From assembly GCA_963748825.1 (NCBI GenBank), contig CAVVKN010000004.1:1-64000 (forward strand): 64,000 bases of DNA. Direction: 5' to 3'. Under the pieces are notes generated by a model that was given only the letters and a program-made list of their open reading frames with translations, was not told where the DNA came from and ran no database searches. The stretch's first letter is position 1. Each line of letters begins with the position of its first letter. Position numbers and translations under genes: made by a program. Source of the DNA: Methanotrichaceae archaeon. GTDB lineage: Archaea; Halobacteriota; Methanosarcinia; Methanotrichales; Methanotrichaceae. Shown piece after piece: positions 10,141 through 20,535 of the stretch.

Positions 10141-10512
10141 TTACAGTTTTGTGCCGGGAAGCATCTTTTGCAGGAGGACGGATAGGATCACGAAGAGAAG
10201 AACCCCCAGACCCAGGCTCTTGACTACTCCAATTCGATTAACACCCAGGAGAACGATGGTGACATAGCAGAGCCAGGGAGGTGTGAAGATCAGAAGGCTT
10301 CTGGCATACTCTTCCACCGTCTTGCTGCCGCCCTCTGCATAAATTAGCAAAAAACTGAAAGCAGTTTGCAGGGGCAGGGTGGTGATGAAGGCAGAGAGCA
10401 TGCCCCGACCCTGGCTGGCGAAGTAGGCTGTGAGAACCGTCACCGCCCCGCCCAAGAGGAAATAGATTACCAGACGCAGGTCGGAGCCAGCCAAATAAGA
10501 TGCTAATTGCAT
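10141..10512 (-). CDS. Small 4-TM membrane protein (DUF3147/GlpM-like)
   Basis: YFLLGGAVT..G.LSAFITTLP pattern; ATG 10512 preferred. Confidence 0.6.
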   Translation of the reverse strand: MQLASYLAGSDLRLVIYFLLGGAVTVLTAYFASQGRGMLSAFITTLPLQTAFSFLLIYAEGGSKTVEEYARSLLIFTPPWLCYVTIVLLGVNRIGVVKSLGLGVLLFVILSVLLQKMLPGTKL

Positions 10513-10531
10513 TTTAGAACCTGCTAAAATA

Positions 10532-10636
10532 TAACAAGGGATGGCACGAGATGCGAAAGGGAGTAGCAATGAAGGGGGTAATAAACGTCACCTCGTGCCG
10601 CGAATTCCTGCATTATCCTATCATAATGCAGCTATC
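10532..10636 (-). ncRNA. Putative structured RNA or leader (two hairpins, second with C/U-rich loop)
   Basis: Minus-strand TATA-like CTTAATAAA 10656-10664; hairpin 10608-10616/10623-10631; stem 10543-10553/10589-10599 enclosing CCCCCTTC..CTCCCTTT. Confidence 0.4.
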
Positions 10637-10710
10637 ACTATTAGGTCTCTTCTCCTTTATTAAGTTTTAGGTTGGAAAAAAGATAGAACTTTTTATAAAT
10701 TATTATGAAA

Positions 10711-11766
10711 TCAAGCAGGCCTTATGGCCGCCTCGACATCTGTCATCCCGGCATCGGTCTTGATGCCTAGTCCCCAAAAATGAGTGCGGGAAGCCCGATG
10801 CCCGCCCTCTAGCAGCCGCTCTATTGCATCATCTATCTTGCCGGGGGTGATGTGCAGCCTCTCGCAGATGCTATGATGATCATAGTACATGGGCACCTCT
10901 ACTTCGCTCGCACATGTGTTGAGGAGTTTTTTTGCCCGGCGGCTCAGGCCCTCCCAAGCAAAGGCCTTCTCGATTACCTGCGCCTCCTGTATCCCGCCCA
11001 GCCACAGAGGGCCGGCCAATGTCGTCTTGCCAAAGCAGTGGCGACACTCTCCCCCAGGCCGGGGCTTTTCCAGGAGAACGAAGCTGCCGCAGCTACGGCA
11101 GTGCTCGACATAGCCCAGTTTTTCCAGGCATCTATCCGCTGCTTTTGCTCCCTTGATCACACGCAGGTAAGTTCTCACATAGTGATCGGTAACGTGGGTG
11201 AGCATGGGCTGCATGGCTTTATCCAGGCGGGCCAGCTCCCGGGCAGCCAGGCCGAGCAGAATTCGGGCCCCCATCTCCCGGTGATAGTCCGTACGCAGTG
11301 GAACTGCCATGTACTTGCGGATACCGCTCATGAGATGGGCACCGCAGAGGGGCGCCGTGTCGGTGGCGGTGATGAATAGATAAGAGAGAGCAGACCGGCT
11401 GGCTGCAGAAAGATAGGAAGAGGGTGAGCCGAATGGGTCCAGGTCCACCGCCTGAAAGTGCTGCTCATGCAGGAGAACGTTGGCATTGCAGCAGGTGACG
11501 GTGCCGTCCAGACCATTTCGACTCAGGTTTTTTTCGATGAGCTGGCAAGCCAGGGGGCTGACATCGTTTAATGTCACTTTTTCTACACCTGCTTCCTTAG
11601 CCACTCTTAGCCCGCGAATGCCGCTGGCAGACAGGGCATCCAGATAGTCGGAGAGGCCCAGGCTATTGGCCATGGCTACGCCGATATCCCGGTTGAGAAG
11701 CATCTTGGGATTGTAAAAAGCGCCCTCTGTCTCGAAGGTGATGGCGCCCTCCGTTATGACATTCAT
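10711..11766 (-). CDS. trm1: tRNA (guanine26-N2)-dimethyltransferase
   Basis: FYNP..NRD, ASGIRGLR, DLDPFGSP, TATDTAPLCG, GPLWLG, SRTHF. Confidence 0.93.
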   Translation of the reverse strand: MNVITEGAITFETEGAFYNPKMLLNRDIGVAMANSLGLSDYLDALSASGIRGLRVAKEAGVEKVTLNDVSPLACQLIEKNLSRNGLDGTVTCCNANVLLHEQHFQAVDLDPFGSPSSYLSAASRSALSYLFITATDTAPLCGAHLMSGIRKYMAVPLRTDYHREMGARILLGLAARELARLDKAMQPMLTHVTDHYVRTYLRVIKGAKAADRCLEKLGYVEHCRSCGSFVLLEKPRPGGECRHCFGKTTLAGPLWLGGIQEAQVIEKAFAWEGLSRRAKKLLNTCASEVEVPMYYDHHSICERLHITPGKIDDAIERLLEGGHRASRTHFWGLGIKTDAGMTDVEAAIRPA

Positions 11767-13216
11767 TAGAAATCATTCTCTTTTTGGAAGGGCGGAGCGC
11801 TGGCATCAAATGGCCTGGAGTCCGTCCATTTGGGCGGCAAGCTGGATGTCTTGCGGGATATCACCACGACACCGCCCTGAATCCGTGTGGTAGGAAACTC
11901 TTCATCTGCTGGCCCATACACAGCATATTTCTTAACCTCATCCCGAAGCATCGCACTGTCCAATCCCGCCCGGAATGGCCGGATGAGGGGCCGGAAGTCA
12001 AAGGAACGGGACTCGGGCCCGGGAAGAGAATAGGGCTGATCGCCTATGCCGTCATTATTCTCGTCTTTGCCCCGATAATCGTTGTAGTAGTTGCCGATAG
12101 TTGTATTCCAGATATTGAGACTGGTATTCTCATAGGCATTGACATCGTTTCTAAAGAAATTGTTGCCGAAGACGAGGTTATTCCGATTCTCATTGAGCCT
12201 TATGCCGTGCTTATTGTCCGAGGCGTTGTTGTCGTAGACGGCATTGAACTTGCAGCCTCGGGACAGCTCAAGGCCGTTGAAGTTGCCCTTGGCGGTGTTT
12301 CGGATCAGGATGTTGTAGCTGCTGTTCTCTTGCAGGCTGATGCCGATGCCAAATCCTGTCATGATCTCGCTTCTGCTGTTGTCCTCGGCCAAATTATCAG
12401 TGATATTATTGTAGTTAGACGAGGTCGTCACCAGGATTCCGTAATAATTATGATCGGCACGATTTCTTCTCACCTGGTTATATGACGCATTCCAAAGGGA
12501 CAGACCAAAGGTGTTCATGGAGAGGATATTATCCTGAATAACGCCATCATTCGTCTCTTTAAGGAGTATTCCTGCGTTGGTGTTGTTAACAATGCTGTTA
12601 TTGTCGAGCATCACATCGCGAGACCCAACAATTTCCAGCCCGTATTTTTTGCAGTTGGTTATGCGACATGCAGTAACTTTAACCTGGGAACTCTGCAGGA
12701 TCGAGGCTCCTGTATCGCATCCTTCCATGGTCGTATTCTGCAAGACCAGATCCTGCACATTCTCTGCAAAAATAGCCACCTGCGCTCCAAAGATGCTGCA
12801 ATTTTTTATAGATATGCCATCGCCCCTTACAACGACGGCCGAATTGGGCTCATCGAAGCGCCCTCCTGCCGCAGCAGTAGGATTTTGCATGTAGTAATCG
12901 AACTTGGCAACGCTGTCCTTACTCACGCCAATGATGCGAAATCCAGTGATGGTGACACCATCGCTGTTTACTTTTATGGCAGGTTTCTGCAGAGCAGCAG
13001 AGAGAATGGGGCCGCCCTGTCCCTCAATGGTCAACGGCCGGTCCACCTCGAAGCGGCTTACTTCACCGGGACCTACTACTATCGTGTCTCCCGCTTTGGC
13101 CGAGTTTATGGCCGTCTGGATATCCGCGCCCGCCTGGATAACGCTCGCCTGGACGGGATCAAATGCTACGTAAATGAAAAGCACAAGAGCTAGAAGCGCT
13201 AGAACTGCCTTACCAT
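11766..13216 (-). CDS. Secreted right-handed beta-helix (NosD/CASH-type) protein
   Basis: IQTAINSAKAGDTI, beta-helix repeats, GNYYNDY..DGIGDQPY; likely start ATG 13216 needs +1 G (see findings). Confidence 0.8.
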
Positions 13217-13251
13217 TGCATTTATTGCGGGAAGATCTTGCGCGGGAAAAA

Positions 13252-14598
13252 TTAGTGTCTGAAATGGCGCATGCCTGTGAAGACCATGGCCATGTCGTGC
13301 TCATTGGCGGCATCAATCACCTCTGCATCCCGTATGGACCCGCCGGGATGAATTACTGCAACAGCTCCGGCCTGGAAGGTTTGATCCAGCCCGTCTCGGA
13401 AGGGGAAGAATGAATCAGTGGCAGCTACCGTCCCTCGTGTGCAAAGGCCGTGCTCCTCTGCCTTTTCCGCACCAAAGCGCGCTGAATCCACCCGGCTCAC
13501 CTGGCCCGATCCTATGCCTATGGTCTGGCACTCCGACGCATAAACCAGTGCATTGGACTTGACATACTTGGAGACCTTCCAGGCAAATCGAAGAGCTTTG
13601 CTTTCCCCATCTGTGGGAACCCTCCTGGTTACAACCTTCCATTCCTTGAGATCGCCGGTGTCATAATCCTGGAGCATCATGCCCCCGAAGATGCTTCTTT
13701 GATAGAAGCCCCGATAAAGCTCGTCCTTTCGGACCAGCAAATCTCCAATATCCAATATTCTGCGATTAGGCTTCTTTTCCATCAGCAGCTTTAGGGCATC
13801 AGGCTCATAGCCTGGAGCCAGCAGAACTTCCACGAAGCTGTCGCCGATGGCGCGAGCTGTGTCCAAATCCACCGGCCGGGAAAAACCAATGACGCCTCCA
13901 AAGGCGGATTTGGGATCGGTGGCGAAAGAGAGACGATAGGCATCAGCAAGACTTTCGCCATAGGCCACACCGCAAGGATTGGCATGCTTCACGATGACAG
14001 AGAGGGGCTTTTCTACCGGGACGCTATCGTACTCAGATAGATCGATCAGCATCTCAAGCACCGTTTCCGCATCGACCATGTTGTTATAGGACATCTCCCG
14101 TCCATTCAGCTTCCTGGCTTTGTGCAGACCCAGACCATTCTGCTTGCTGTAGAGTGCCGCCTTCTGGTGCCAGTTCTCTCCATAACGAAGATCCTGCACT
14201 TTCTCATAGGCTGCCGCCGCATAACGGGGCATGGCGTTCGTGCCAGACTGAAGGGCGGCAAGCCTAAGCGAGTCGCTTTGCAGACACCGGAAGAGGGCAT
14301 ATGCCTCCAGGTTATTTCTGGTCTCTAAAGAAAGGCTGCTCGTCTGCTTGATCTCTTCTAAGACTGATGAGCAATCGAAGTTGTCAAATAAAACAGGACT
14401 TCCGTTGGCCAACGCTTGGCGAATGAGTAGCGAGCCCGCGGTAGTTGTCTCATATCCAGGATCACATATCAAAAGGCAATCCTTTCCTTGGCCAGGGAGA
14501 CGGTCGGAGATTTGCAGGCCAAGCTGCTCCAAGCCGGGAAGACGGGAACTTGCAACCTGAGCCTGACCTGACAGGACGACTACTTGCTTGATCTTCAT
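13252..14598 (-). CDS. purH: PurH-family AICAR transformylase with degenerate N-terminal IMP cyclohydrolase region
   Basis: LRYGENWHQ, SYNN, KHANPCGVA, DPKSAFGG, KSNA, GQVSRVDS, DSFFPFRD, PGGSIRD, RHFRH. Confidence 0.88.
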   Translation of the reverse strand: MKIKQVVVLSGQAQVASSRLPGLEQLGLQISDRLPGQGKDCLLICDPGYETTTAGSLLIRQALANGSPVLFDNFDCSSVLEEIKQTSSLSLETRNNLEAYALFRCLQSDSLRLAALQSGTNAMPRYAAAAYEKVQDLRYGENWHQKAALYSKQNGLGLHKARKLNGREMSYNNMVDAETVLEMLIDLSEYDSVPVEKPLSVIVKHANPCGVAYGESLADAYRLSFATDPKSAFGGVIGFSRPVDLDTARAIGDSFVEVLLAPGYEPDALKLLMEKKPNRRILDIGDLLVRKDELYRGFYQRSIFGGMMLQDYDTGDLKEWKVVTRRVPTDGESKALRFAWKVSKYVKSNALVYASECQTIGIGSGQVSRVDSARFGAEKAEEHGLCTRGTVAATDSFFPFRDGLDQTFQAGAVAVIHPGGSIRDAEVIDAANEHDMAMVFTGMRHFRH

Positions 14599-14789
14599 CG
14601 AACCTCTCACTCTTCATCGCTGACGCTATTTTAACTTTTTGCCAAATCGCTTCCACCCAAGCAGATTCTCAGTAAATGTCTTCAAAAATTTATTTATAAG
14701 ACTTGAGAAGATGAGGCAGGAGAACAGGACTCGAAACATTACTATGCCGGAGACAAGCTTTAAGCTCCAGGGCGCCTCTTTTAGGAATA

Positions 14790-15104
14790 ATGGACATTTA
14801 CGAGGCGGTCAAGCCTCATCCGCTTGGCTGCATCATCAGCTTTGAGGTGGTGCCCGGCTCTTCCCGGCTGGCTGTGCCTTCCGGCTTCAATCCCTGGCGA
14901 AGGTCAATGGAAGCCCATCTGACGGAGGAGCCGTCGCGAGGGCGGGCTAACCGGCAACTGATGGAGGAGCTGGCCAGAGCGCTTGGTATTTCCGAGCTAA
15001 AGGTAGAGGTCTTAAGCGGCCACAAGAGTGCCAGAAAGCTTCTTTTGGTTAAAGGGATGGCAAAGGATGAGGCAGTCTCGGCATTAATGCAGAAGATGAA
15101 ATAA
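14790..15104 (+). CDS. DUF167 (YggU/UPF0235) family protein
   Basis: VVPGSS, P..GRANRQL, SGHKSARK motifs. Confidence 0.85.
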   Translation: MDIYEAVKPHPLGCIISFEVVPGSSRLAVPSGFNPWRRSMEAHLTEEPSRGRANRQLMEELARALGISELKVEVLSGHKSARKLLLVKGMAKDEAVSALMQKMK

Positions 15105-15551
15105 TTGAGCGGGAAAAATATGGCTTGGGGTAGAGTTGAGCATGAGATCCGTCCCAAGAGGACTTATGATTTGGAAGCCCTGGAAGAGCTGATCGCTTCC
15201 CTTCTCGATGCTTCCTATCAGGGTGCAGCCATCATTGTGGAAGGTAGGCGCGACCTGCAGGCCTTGCGTGCTTTGGGCCTGCCGGGCCCCGTGATCATGG
15301 CATCGCGCCGATCGGCTCTGGACCTGGCTGAGGATGCAGCTCGCAGCTATTCCCAGATCATACTCCTCACCGACTGGGATAGCAAAGGCGATGAGATGTG
15401 CAAGACGATCGATTACCACCTGCGCTCCGTAGGCTCGCGACCGGACAAAGAGATCCGAAGTCGCCTTAAAAAGCTGGTCAAGAAAGAGATCAAAGACGTG
15501 GAGAGCCTGAGCCAATACGCACAGAGGATGAGGGAGCAATATGGTATTTAG
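15105..15551 (+). CDS. Small TOPRIM-domain protein
   Basis: IIVEGRRD and LTDWDSKG motifs. Confidence 0.85.
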   Translation: MSGKNMAWGRVEHEIRPKRTYDLEALEELIASLLDASYQGAAIIVEGRRDLQALRALGLPGPVIMASRRSALDLAEDAARSYSQIILLTDWDSKGDEMCKTIDYHLRSVGSRPDKEIRSRLKKLVKKEIKDVESLSQYAQRMREQYGI

Positions 15552-16056
15552 GATAGCAGTCACCGGGTCCCCCGGCATCGGCAAATCCACCCTGGTAGCG
15601 AAAGTGGCCACAGCCACAGGCATGCGCGTGGGGGGAGTGGTGGCACGGGATAAGCGTTACAAAGATCGGCGCATCGGCTTTGAGCTGCTCGACCTTGCCA
15701 CGGGGGGCGTGGGCATGCTGGCCGATGAGACGGGCAGCGGGCCGCAATTGGGGAAGTATCGCGTCCATCCGGAAGGCCTGGATGGCATAGGAGCGCATGC
15801 TGTGGAAAACGCCCTGAAATGCGAGCTGATTGTGGTAGACGAGGTGGGTCCCATGGAGCTGACCAGCCACCGATTCGTCTCCTCCGTAGAAATGGCCATC
15901 GCCTCATCTAGGCCCATGCTCGTGGTGCTGCACGAGTGGTCCAATCACCGTCTGGCCAAGAAAATCCGCAGCACATTTCAGGTGATAACCGTAACCCGGG
16001 AGAACCGTGAGGCTCTCGTCGATGAGATCGCTAAAGCTCTTTTGGGCAAGAAATAG
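15541..16056 (+). CDS. Nucleoside-triphosphatase THEP1 family
   Basis: TGSPGIGKST Walker A; RIGF; GKYRV; VDEVGPMEL. Confidence 0.9.
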   Translation: MVFRIAVTGSPGIGKSTLVAKVATATGMRVGGVVARDKRYKDRRIGFELLDLATGGVGMLADETGSGPQLGKYRVHPEGLDGIGAHAVENALKCELIVVDEVGPMELTSHRFVSSVEMAIASSRPMLVVLHEWSNHRLAKKIRSTFQVITVTRENREALVDEIAKALLGKK

Positions 16057-16061
16057 ACCAA

Positions 16062-16784
16062 TCAGAGCCCCAATTTCTTTGCTCTGATAAAGGCCTCTTC
16101 CGCATCATGATCACGATGCAGCGACTGGTAGGCTACACCCAGGTTCTTCCAGGCCGTTGCATATTCCGGCTCGATCCTTATGGCCTTTAAAAAGCAGCTT
16201 ATCGCCTCCTCGTGCCTGGCTAAAACCCCTAAGGCGACGCCTTTGTTGTTCCAGGCATAGATGTCGAAGGGATCGATGAGGAGCGCCTCTTCATAGCTTT
16301 CGATAGCCTCCTCATGTCTATGCAGGTTGTCTAAAGCCGCGCCCCGGTTATTCCAGGCCCTTCTGCCGTCCGCTCCGAGTGGATTGCACTCAATGGCCCG
16401 GGCATAGCTTTCCACCGCCTTTTCGTATTGCCCCAATCGGTGCAGGGCAAAGCCCCTTACTATCCAGGTCCGGGCATTGTATGGATCGAGGACCAGGGCC
16501 TTTTCGCAGGATACCACCGCCTCAGCATTCCTATCCATCTGGCTGCAGACCAGGGCATGAGCTCTCCAGGCGTCGGCATTCTTAGAGTCGAGCAAGAGGG
16601 CTTTTTCCAGGGCGACAGCTGCCTCATCATACCTGCCCAGCTTTCGCAAAGCTAAGCCCATCTTATACCATCGGCCGAAGCTTGGCGGTCCAACTCTCTC
16701 TGCCTTTTCCCAGGCCGATACCGCCTCATCGTAGTTTCCCTGGGCATAGAGGGCCTCAGCCTTTGCATTTTCATCTTCTTGCAT
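16062..16784 (-). CDS. Tetratricopeptide repeat protein
   Basis: Repeated AWxxxGxAL..L.xxEEA..xxKAL units. Confidence 0.85.
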   Translation of the reverse strand: MQEDENAKAEALYAQGNYDEAVSAWEKAERVGPPSFGRWYKMGLALRKLGRYDEAAVALEKALLLDSKNADAWRAHALVCSQMDRNAEAVVSCEKALVLDPYNARTWIVRGFALHRLGQYEKAVESYARAIECNPLGADGRRAWNNRGAALDNLHRHEEAIESYEEALLIDPFDIYAWNNKGVALGVLARHEEAISCFLKAIRIEPEYATAWKNLGVAYQSLHRDHDAEEAFIRAKKLGL

Positions 16785-16967
16785 ATTAATTCCGAACCGC
16801 AAGCTCTTTATCATCGGCACTATTTGGCGATCAGCTTAAGCTCATGGCGGTGCAATTGGGGTTTGCGTTGAAACCATATTCAAGTATTGGCTCATATAGT
16901 AAAGTATATATTATACATATTACTAAACTAATGTTAAATGTCTAGGGGGTAGTTTAGGAGGGGTACG

Positions 16968-17273
16968 ATGAAACCACAGCGGTCCGAGATATTGGGCCGA
17001 ATGATTAGGTTCCTCAATCTGGACTCAGATGGCCTGAGGCGAGTTGTGCTTGAGTCGATAGTGGAGGCTCGAGAGTTTACGGTAGCCTCTATTCATGAAA
17101 GCGTATGCAAGAAAATTGATGTTTCCAAGAAGGTGGTAGCCTCCATGATCGGCTACATTTGTTCACGTCTGGGAATATTACATGTCAATAAGAAGTCTTA
17201 TCGCGCGCCTAAAAGCTATGTTTTAAGGGATGAATATGCAGATATAGCCAGAGCAGTACTGGCTAGCTTATGA
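16968..17273 (+). CDS. DUF2551-like winged-helix protein
   Basis: D.DGLRR, VASMIGYICSRLGILH motif; RBS AGGAGG. Confidence 0.7.
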   Translation: MKPQRSEILGRMIRFLNLDSDGLRRVVLESIVEAREFTVASIHESVCKKIDVSKKVVASMIGYICSRLGILHVNKKSYRAPKSYVLRDEYADIARAVLASL

Positions 17274-17671
17274 CCAATGTCAAGAAGGCTCCCCGGACCG
17301 CCACTACGCTCAAGGTCCGCTCCAAATCGGAGTACGCAATAAGCCGTAGCCGTGATCCATATCATGAGCTAATGCTTCGCCTTTTTCAGGAGGAAACAAC
17401 GGCGCAGCGCGGGGGGAAATTCCTGGCAATTGTGGAGGAACGGCAGAAGAGCGGCAATCCATTGAAGACCGCCGAGTGGGAGCAGCTTCTGATAGAACTG
17501 AATGTCAGTCGATCTGCCTTTTACGCCATGAGAAACAAGCTACTTGGAGCAGGCCTGGTAACAAACAAAGGCGGCGAGTACCGGCTCTCCGGGATGTTCA
17601 GCCGCGATCTGATGGACATGGCTCGTTGGTGGTGGACGGCGGTCCTTGGCAACAACCTGGAGAACCTATAA
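17270..17671 (+). CDS. Hypothetical protein, probable winged helix
   Basis: Coupled to upstream gene (ATGA overlap); VSRSAFYAMRNKLLGAGLV..YRLS resembles wHTH. Confidence 0.6.
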   Translation: MTNVKKAPRTATTLKVRSKSEYAISRSRDPYHELMLRLFQEETTAQRGGKFLAIVEERQKSGNPLKTAEWEQLLIELNVSRSAFYAMRNKLLGAGLVTNKGGEYRLSGMFSRDLMDMARWWWTAVLGNNLENL

Positions 17672-18163
17672 GCAAGCTTTTAATTCCGTCATCTGTTTTT
17701 CTATGGTCTCCACCACTTTGGCATTCTCCATAAACTCCAGGCTGCCCTGACAGAAGGGACAGAGGAAATTGGCCTCGCTCGCCTCGTCGAAGATGAACCG
17801 GGCACACCCATCGGTGCAGGCATAAAAGATGTTCTCCTTCTCATAGGCCAGCCTCTCGTCCAATTTGCGCAGCAGCCTTTTGGCTTCCGATTCCAGTGCC
17901 TTTTCAAAATTCTCGGGACACAGTTGCCACAAATAAGTGAGCCAGCCGGAATCAGGATCGCGCTTGCGTCGATATATGGCCAGCCTGTGTTCGTAAAGCA
18001 GGTAAAGGGTGCGTCTTACGGTATTCAGGCTGATGCCGGTAAGCTCTGCCAGCTTCTCGTCCGTGATCTCTTCGCCCGGTATGCATTCCACAATGCGTAA
18101 ACCATCTTCCCCTACAAGCTTGTTTAGATATGCTCTATGAATAGACTCTTCTATGACCGTCAA
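17666..18163 (-). CDS. tfe: Transcription factor E alpha
   Basis: TDEKLAE..LNTVRRTLY.LYE, GWLTYLW, Zn ribbon C..C..F.CPFC; TTG start 18163. Confidence 0.92.
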   Translation of the reverse strand: MTVIEESIHRAYLNKLVGEDGLRIVECIPGEEITDEKLAELTGISLNTVRRTLYLLYEHRLAIYRRKRDPDSGWLTYLWQLCPENFEKALESEAKRLLRKLDERLAYEKENIFYACTDGCARFIFDEASEANFLCPFCQGSLEFMENAKVVETIEKQMTELKACL

Positions 18164-18656
18164 TGAATCACTACCTGGATATAAGCTAGCTAATACTCGA
18201 TTTGCTTCATACATCACCCAGGGCAATGACTCTGCATTGGCCCCAAGTTTGCTTTAGATTTATATTACGTTTTCCTTCTATATATCTCCATCGTGAAGAT
18301 TTTTTCGGGTATTAAAAGTGGCTCTTCGCGATTTTCCATTTGCTAACCCCAGGTTACTATGGTTTTCCAGTTGGTAGTTAGGCGCTCTGTGCGCCCTTTT
18401 GTGAACTGTTGTGAACTGTTGTGGCTCTTTGGTTGAAATATAGTCAGCAATTGGTTAAAACAAATGGCTGACGATACTACCACCACCGCAGACACAGAGC
18501 ATACTAAGCACTCGCAGAGGACACGATTAATCGATTATTAGTATAATATAATTAATGTTATTGCGACGACGTCTATCTATATATTTTTACCAAACAAATA
18601 ATAAAATTAAAAATTATATATTAAATTTCCCTTTGGAGGTGGGCTCCACCCGTCCC

Positions 18657-19046
18657 TTAGCTCGACCCCGCCTCCCCCAAGAGAGCCTTGAGCTTTTGTA
18701 TGGATTGCAGAGCCTGGTTGGCCTCGTCGAGCTTTTCCTGCTCGTAGTACTGAAGTATATCCTCAATTGGTGCTTTGAGGCGGTAGACCTTCATGGGCCG
18801 GCCGGTGCCATCGCTCCTGCCCATCTTCTCCTCCACCCAGTTGTTCTTCCGGAGAGTGCGTAGCGCGATGCTCACCTCCGGCTGGCGCAGATCGGAGCCT
18901 CTCTCAATCTCACGGGAGGTGGCCTCTGTGCCGCTGGCCAGATAGGCGATCATATTGGAGACCTTTCTCGGCACTCCCAGGCTTTTCAGCGTTTCTACAA
19001 CCTCAATATCTTTTTCGTCAAATCTCATTACGAACGATTCCTTCAT
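18657..19046 (-). CDS. Archaeal HTH transcriptional regulator
   Basis: SREIERGSDLRQPEVSIALR..GRP..VY.L motif. Confidence 0.8.
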   Translation of the reverse strand: MKESFVMRFDEKDIEVVETLKSLGVPRKVSNMIAYLASGTEATSREIERGSDLRQPEVSIALRTLRKNNWVEEKMGRSDGTGRPMKVYRLKAPIEDILQYYEQEKLDEANQALQSIQKLKALLGEAGSS

Positions 19047-19191
19047 TGTTATCTTCTCCCTTATTTTTACTCCCTTGCAATAAATGAAGTACGTTATGAT
19101 ATAAATAGTTTATTTATGTAAAAAAAATTTTTACTATTATTACTACATTCGGCAAATGCATTAAAAATAAATAACTTTGTAAAAATTTGAA

Positions 19192-20502
19192 TTATCTTCT
19201 TTTTATCTTCTCGATAAATTGCCTCTTCTTCTCCACAGCATTCATAGCTGCCCGGTCGACTTTCGCCGTCATCTCTGCCACATCTCTTCTCGCATCCTGG
19301 CCGACTGCCTTTTTTATGGGCGTGTAGGCAGCTTCCCGGAAGCGCGGGGAAAAGTCCGTCACTTTTCCATCCATATGGAGCAATGCGCCCTCTCCCGCCT
19401 CGACGGTGCCAATCTCATCTACCGCCACCCCGGCTTTGCCAATGGTCCTGGCGATCTCTTTCGCCTCTTCCTCAGGAGCGATTATGAGCAGGGCATCGAT
19501 GGAGACACCCAGATAGTCGATCAACAGGTCGTCGAGCATCTCTAAAACCCGCGGATTTACCAGGCGGCGCATCCTCTCCTCCTCGAAGTGCAGCTTCACT
19601 TTTGCCGTGTAGGAGATCTCCTTGGCGTCGCCTCGAATGCCTCCATTGGTCACGTCGGTCATGGCGTGAATGGTAAGATCCTCCTTGAGCAGAGCTTCGC
19701 AGGCCTCCAAGAATTTGATATTCAGAGTCTCTTCTACCACCTCATGCCGATCATAGTAGAGGGCAGCCGAGCAGACCGTTCCGCCTCCGGCCCCTTCGCT
19801 CATCATGATCACGTCACCAGGACGGGCGCTCTTTCTGGGCGTGAGCTTATCAGAGACGCCTACAGCACCCACACATCCTGTCATCCGATCGCCGATGACC
19901 ATATCTCCGCCGATGCGCAGTGTACTGCCGGTAATGAGAGGAACGCCGATCAGCTCCGAGACGGTGGCGATGCCGGCGATATGGTCGAAGAGCTTGGAGA
20001 CATCCCCATCATCGGCGATATGAATGTCCGAGAGAAGAGCTACGGGCCGTGCGCCCATGACATAGACATCGCGAAGCGCTGCCCGGGTAACGTGAAAGCC
20101 CGCCAGGAATGGATAGTCGCTGAGGCGGGAGTGCATGCCATCTACGGTGACGGTTATGTACTGTCCTTTGGCTTTGACCACGCCTGAATCGTCCAGCTGG
20201 CGGGAGTCGACCACGGCATCGGTTCGACCGATGACCTCGGCAATTTTGGTATGAGTATAAAAATCGCCTGAGCCTCGCGAGCCCACTCCATAGTCGCCCA
20301 TGGAGACGCCCACATTCTCCAGCCGGAAGACCTCGCCCCGGGGATGCAGCGTTGCTGCCGCCTCCTCCAACACCGCTTCCGCCAGGATGAGGGCTTTATC
20401 CTCAGGTATTCTCTTAACTTCTCTGATCAGTGAGATGAGCTTATTCTTTATTTCGGGGTCCTTTCGTAGAAGACCCCTCTTAGTAAACCCTTCCAGATCC
20501 AT
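19192..20502 (-). CDS. AIR synthase-related (PurM/HypE-like) protein
   Basis: GVGSRGSGDF, DDSGVV, DGMHSRLS, RDVYVMGA, MTDVTNGG. Confidence 0.85.
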   Translation of the reverse strand: MDLEGFTKRGLLRKDPEIKNKLISLIREVKRIPEDKALILAEAVLEEAAATLHPRGEVFRLENVGVSMGDYGVGSRGSGDFYTHTKIAEVIGRTDAVVDSRQLDDSGVVKAKGQYITVTVDGMHSRLSDYPFLAGFHVTRAALRDVYVMGARPVALLSDIHIADDGDVSKLFDHIAGIATVSELIGVPLITGSTLRIGGDMVIGDRMTGCVGAVGVSDKLTPRKSARPGDVIMMSEGAGGGTVCSAALYYDRHEVVEETLNIKFLEACEALLKEDLTIHAMTDVTNGGIRGDAKEISYTAKVKLHFEEERMRRLVNPRVLEMLDDLLIDYLGVSIDALLIIAPEEEAKEIARTIGKAGVAVDEIGTVEAGEGALLHMDGKVTDFSPRFREAAYTPIKKAVGQDARRDVAEMTAKVDRAAMNAVEKKRQFIEKIKRR

Positions 20503-20535
20503 GAGAGGAGCAATTGTCCAGCCCCCTAGAAAAGT

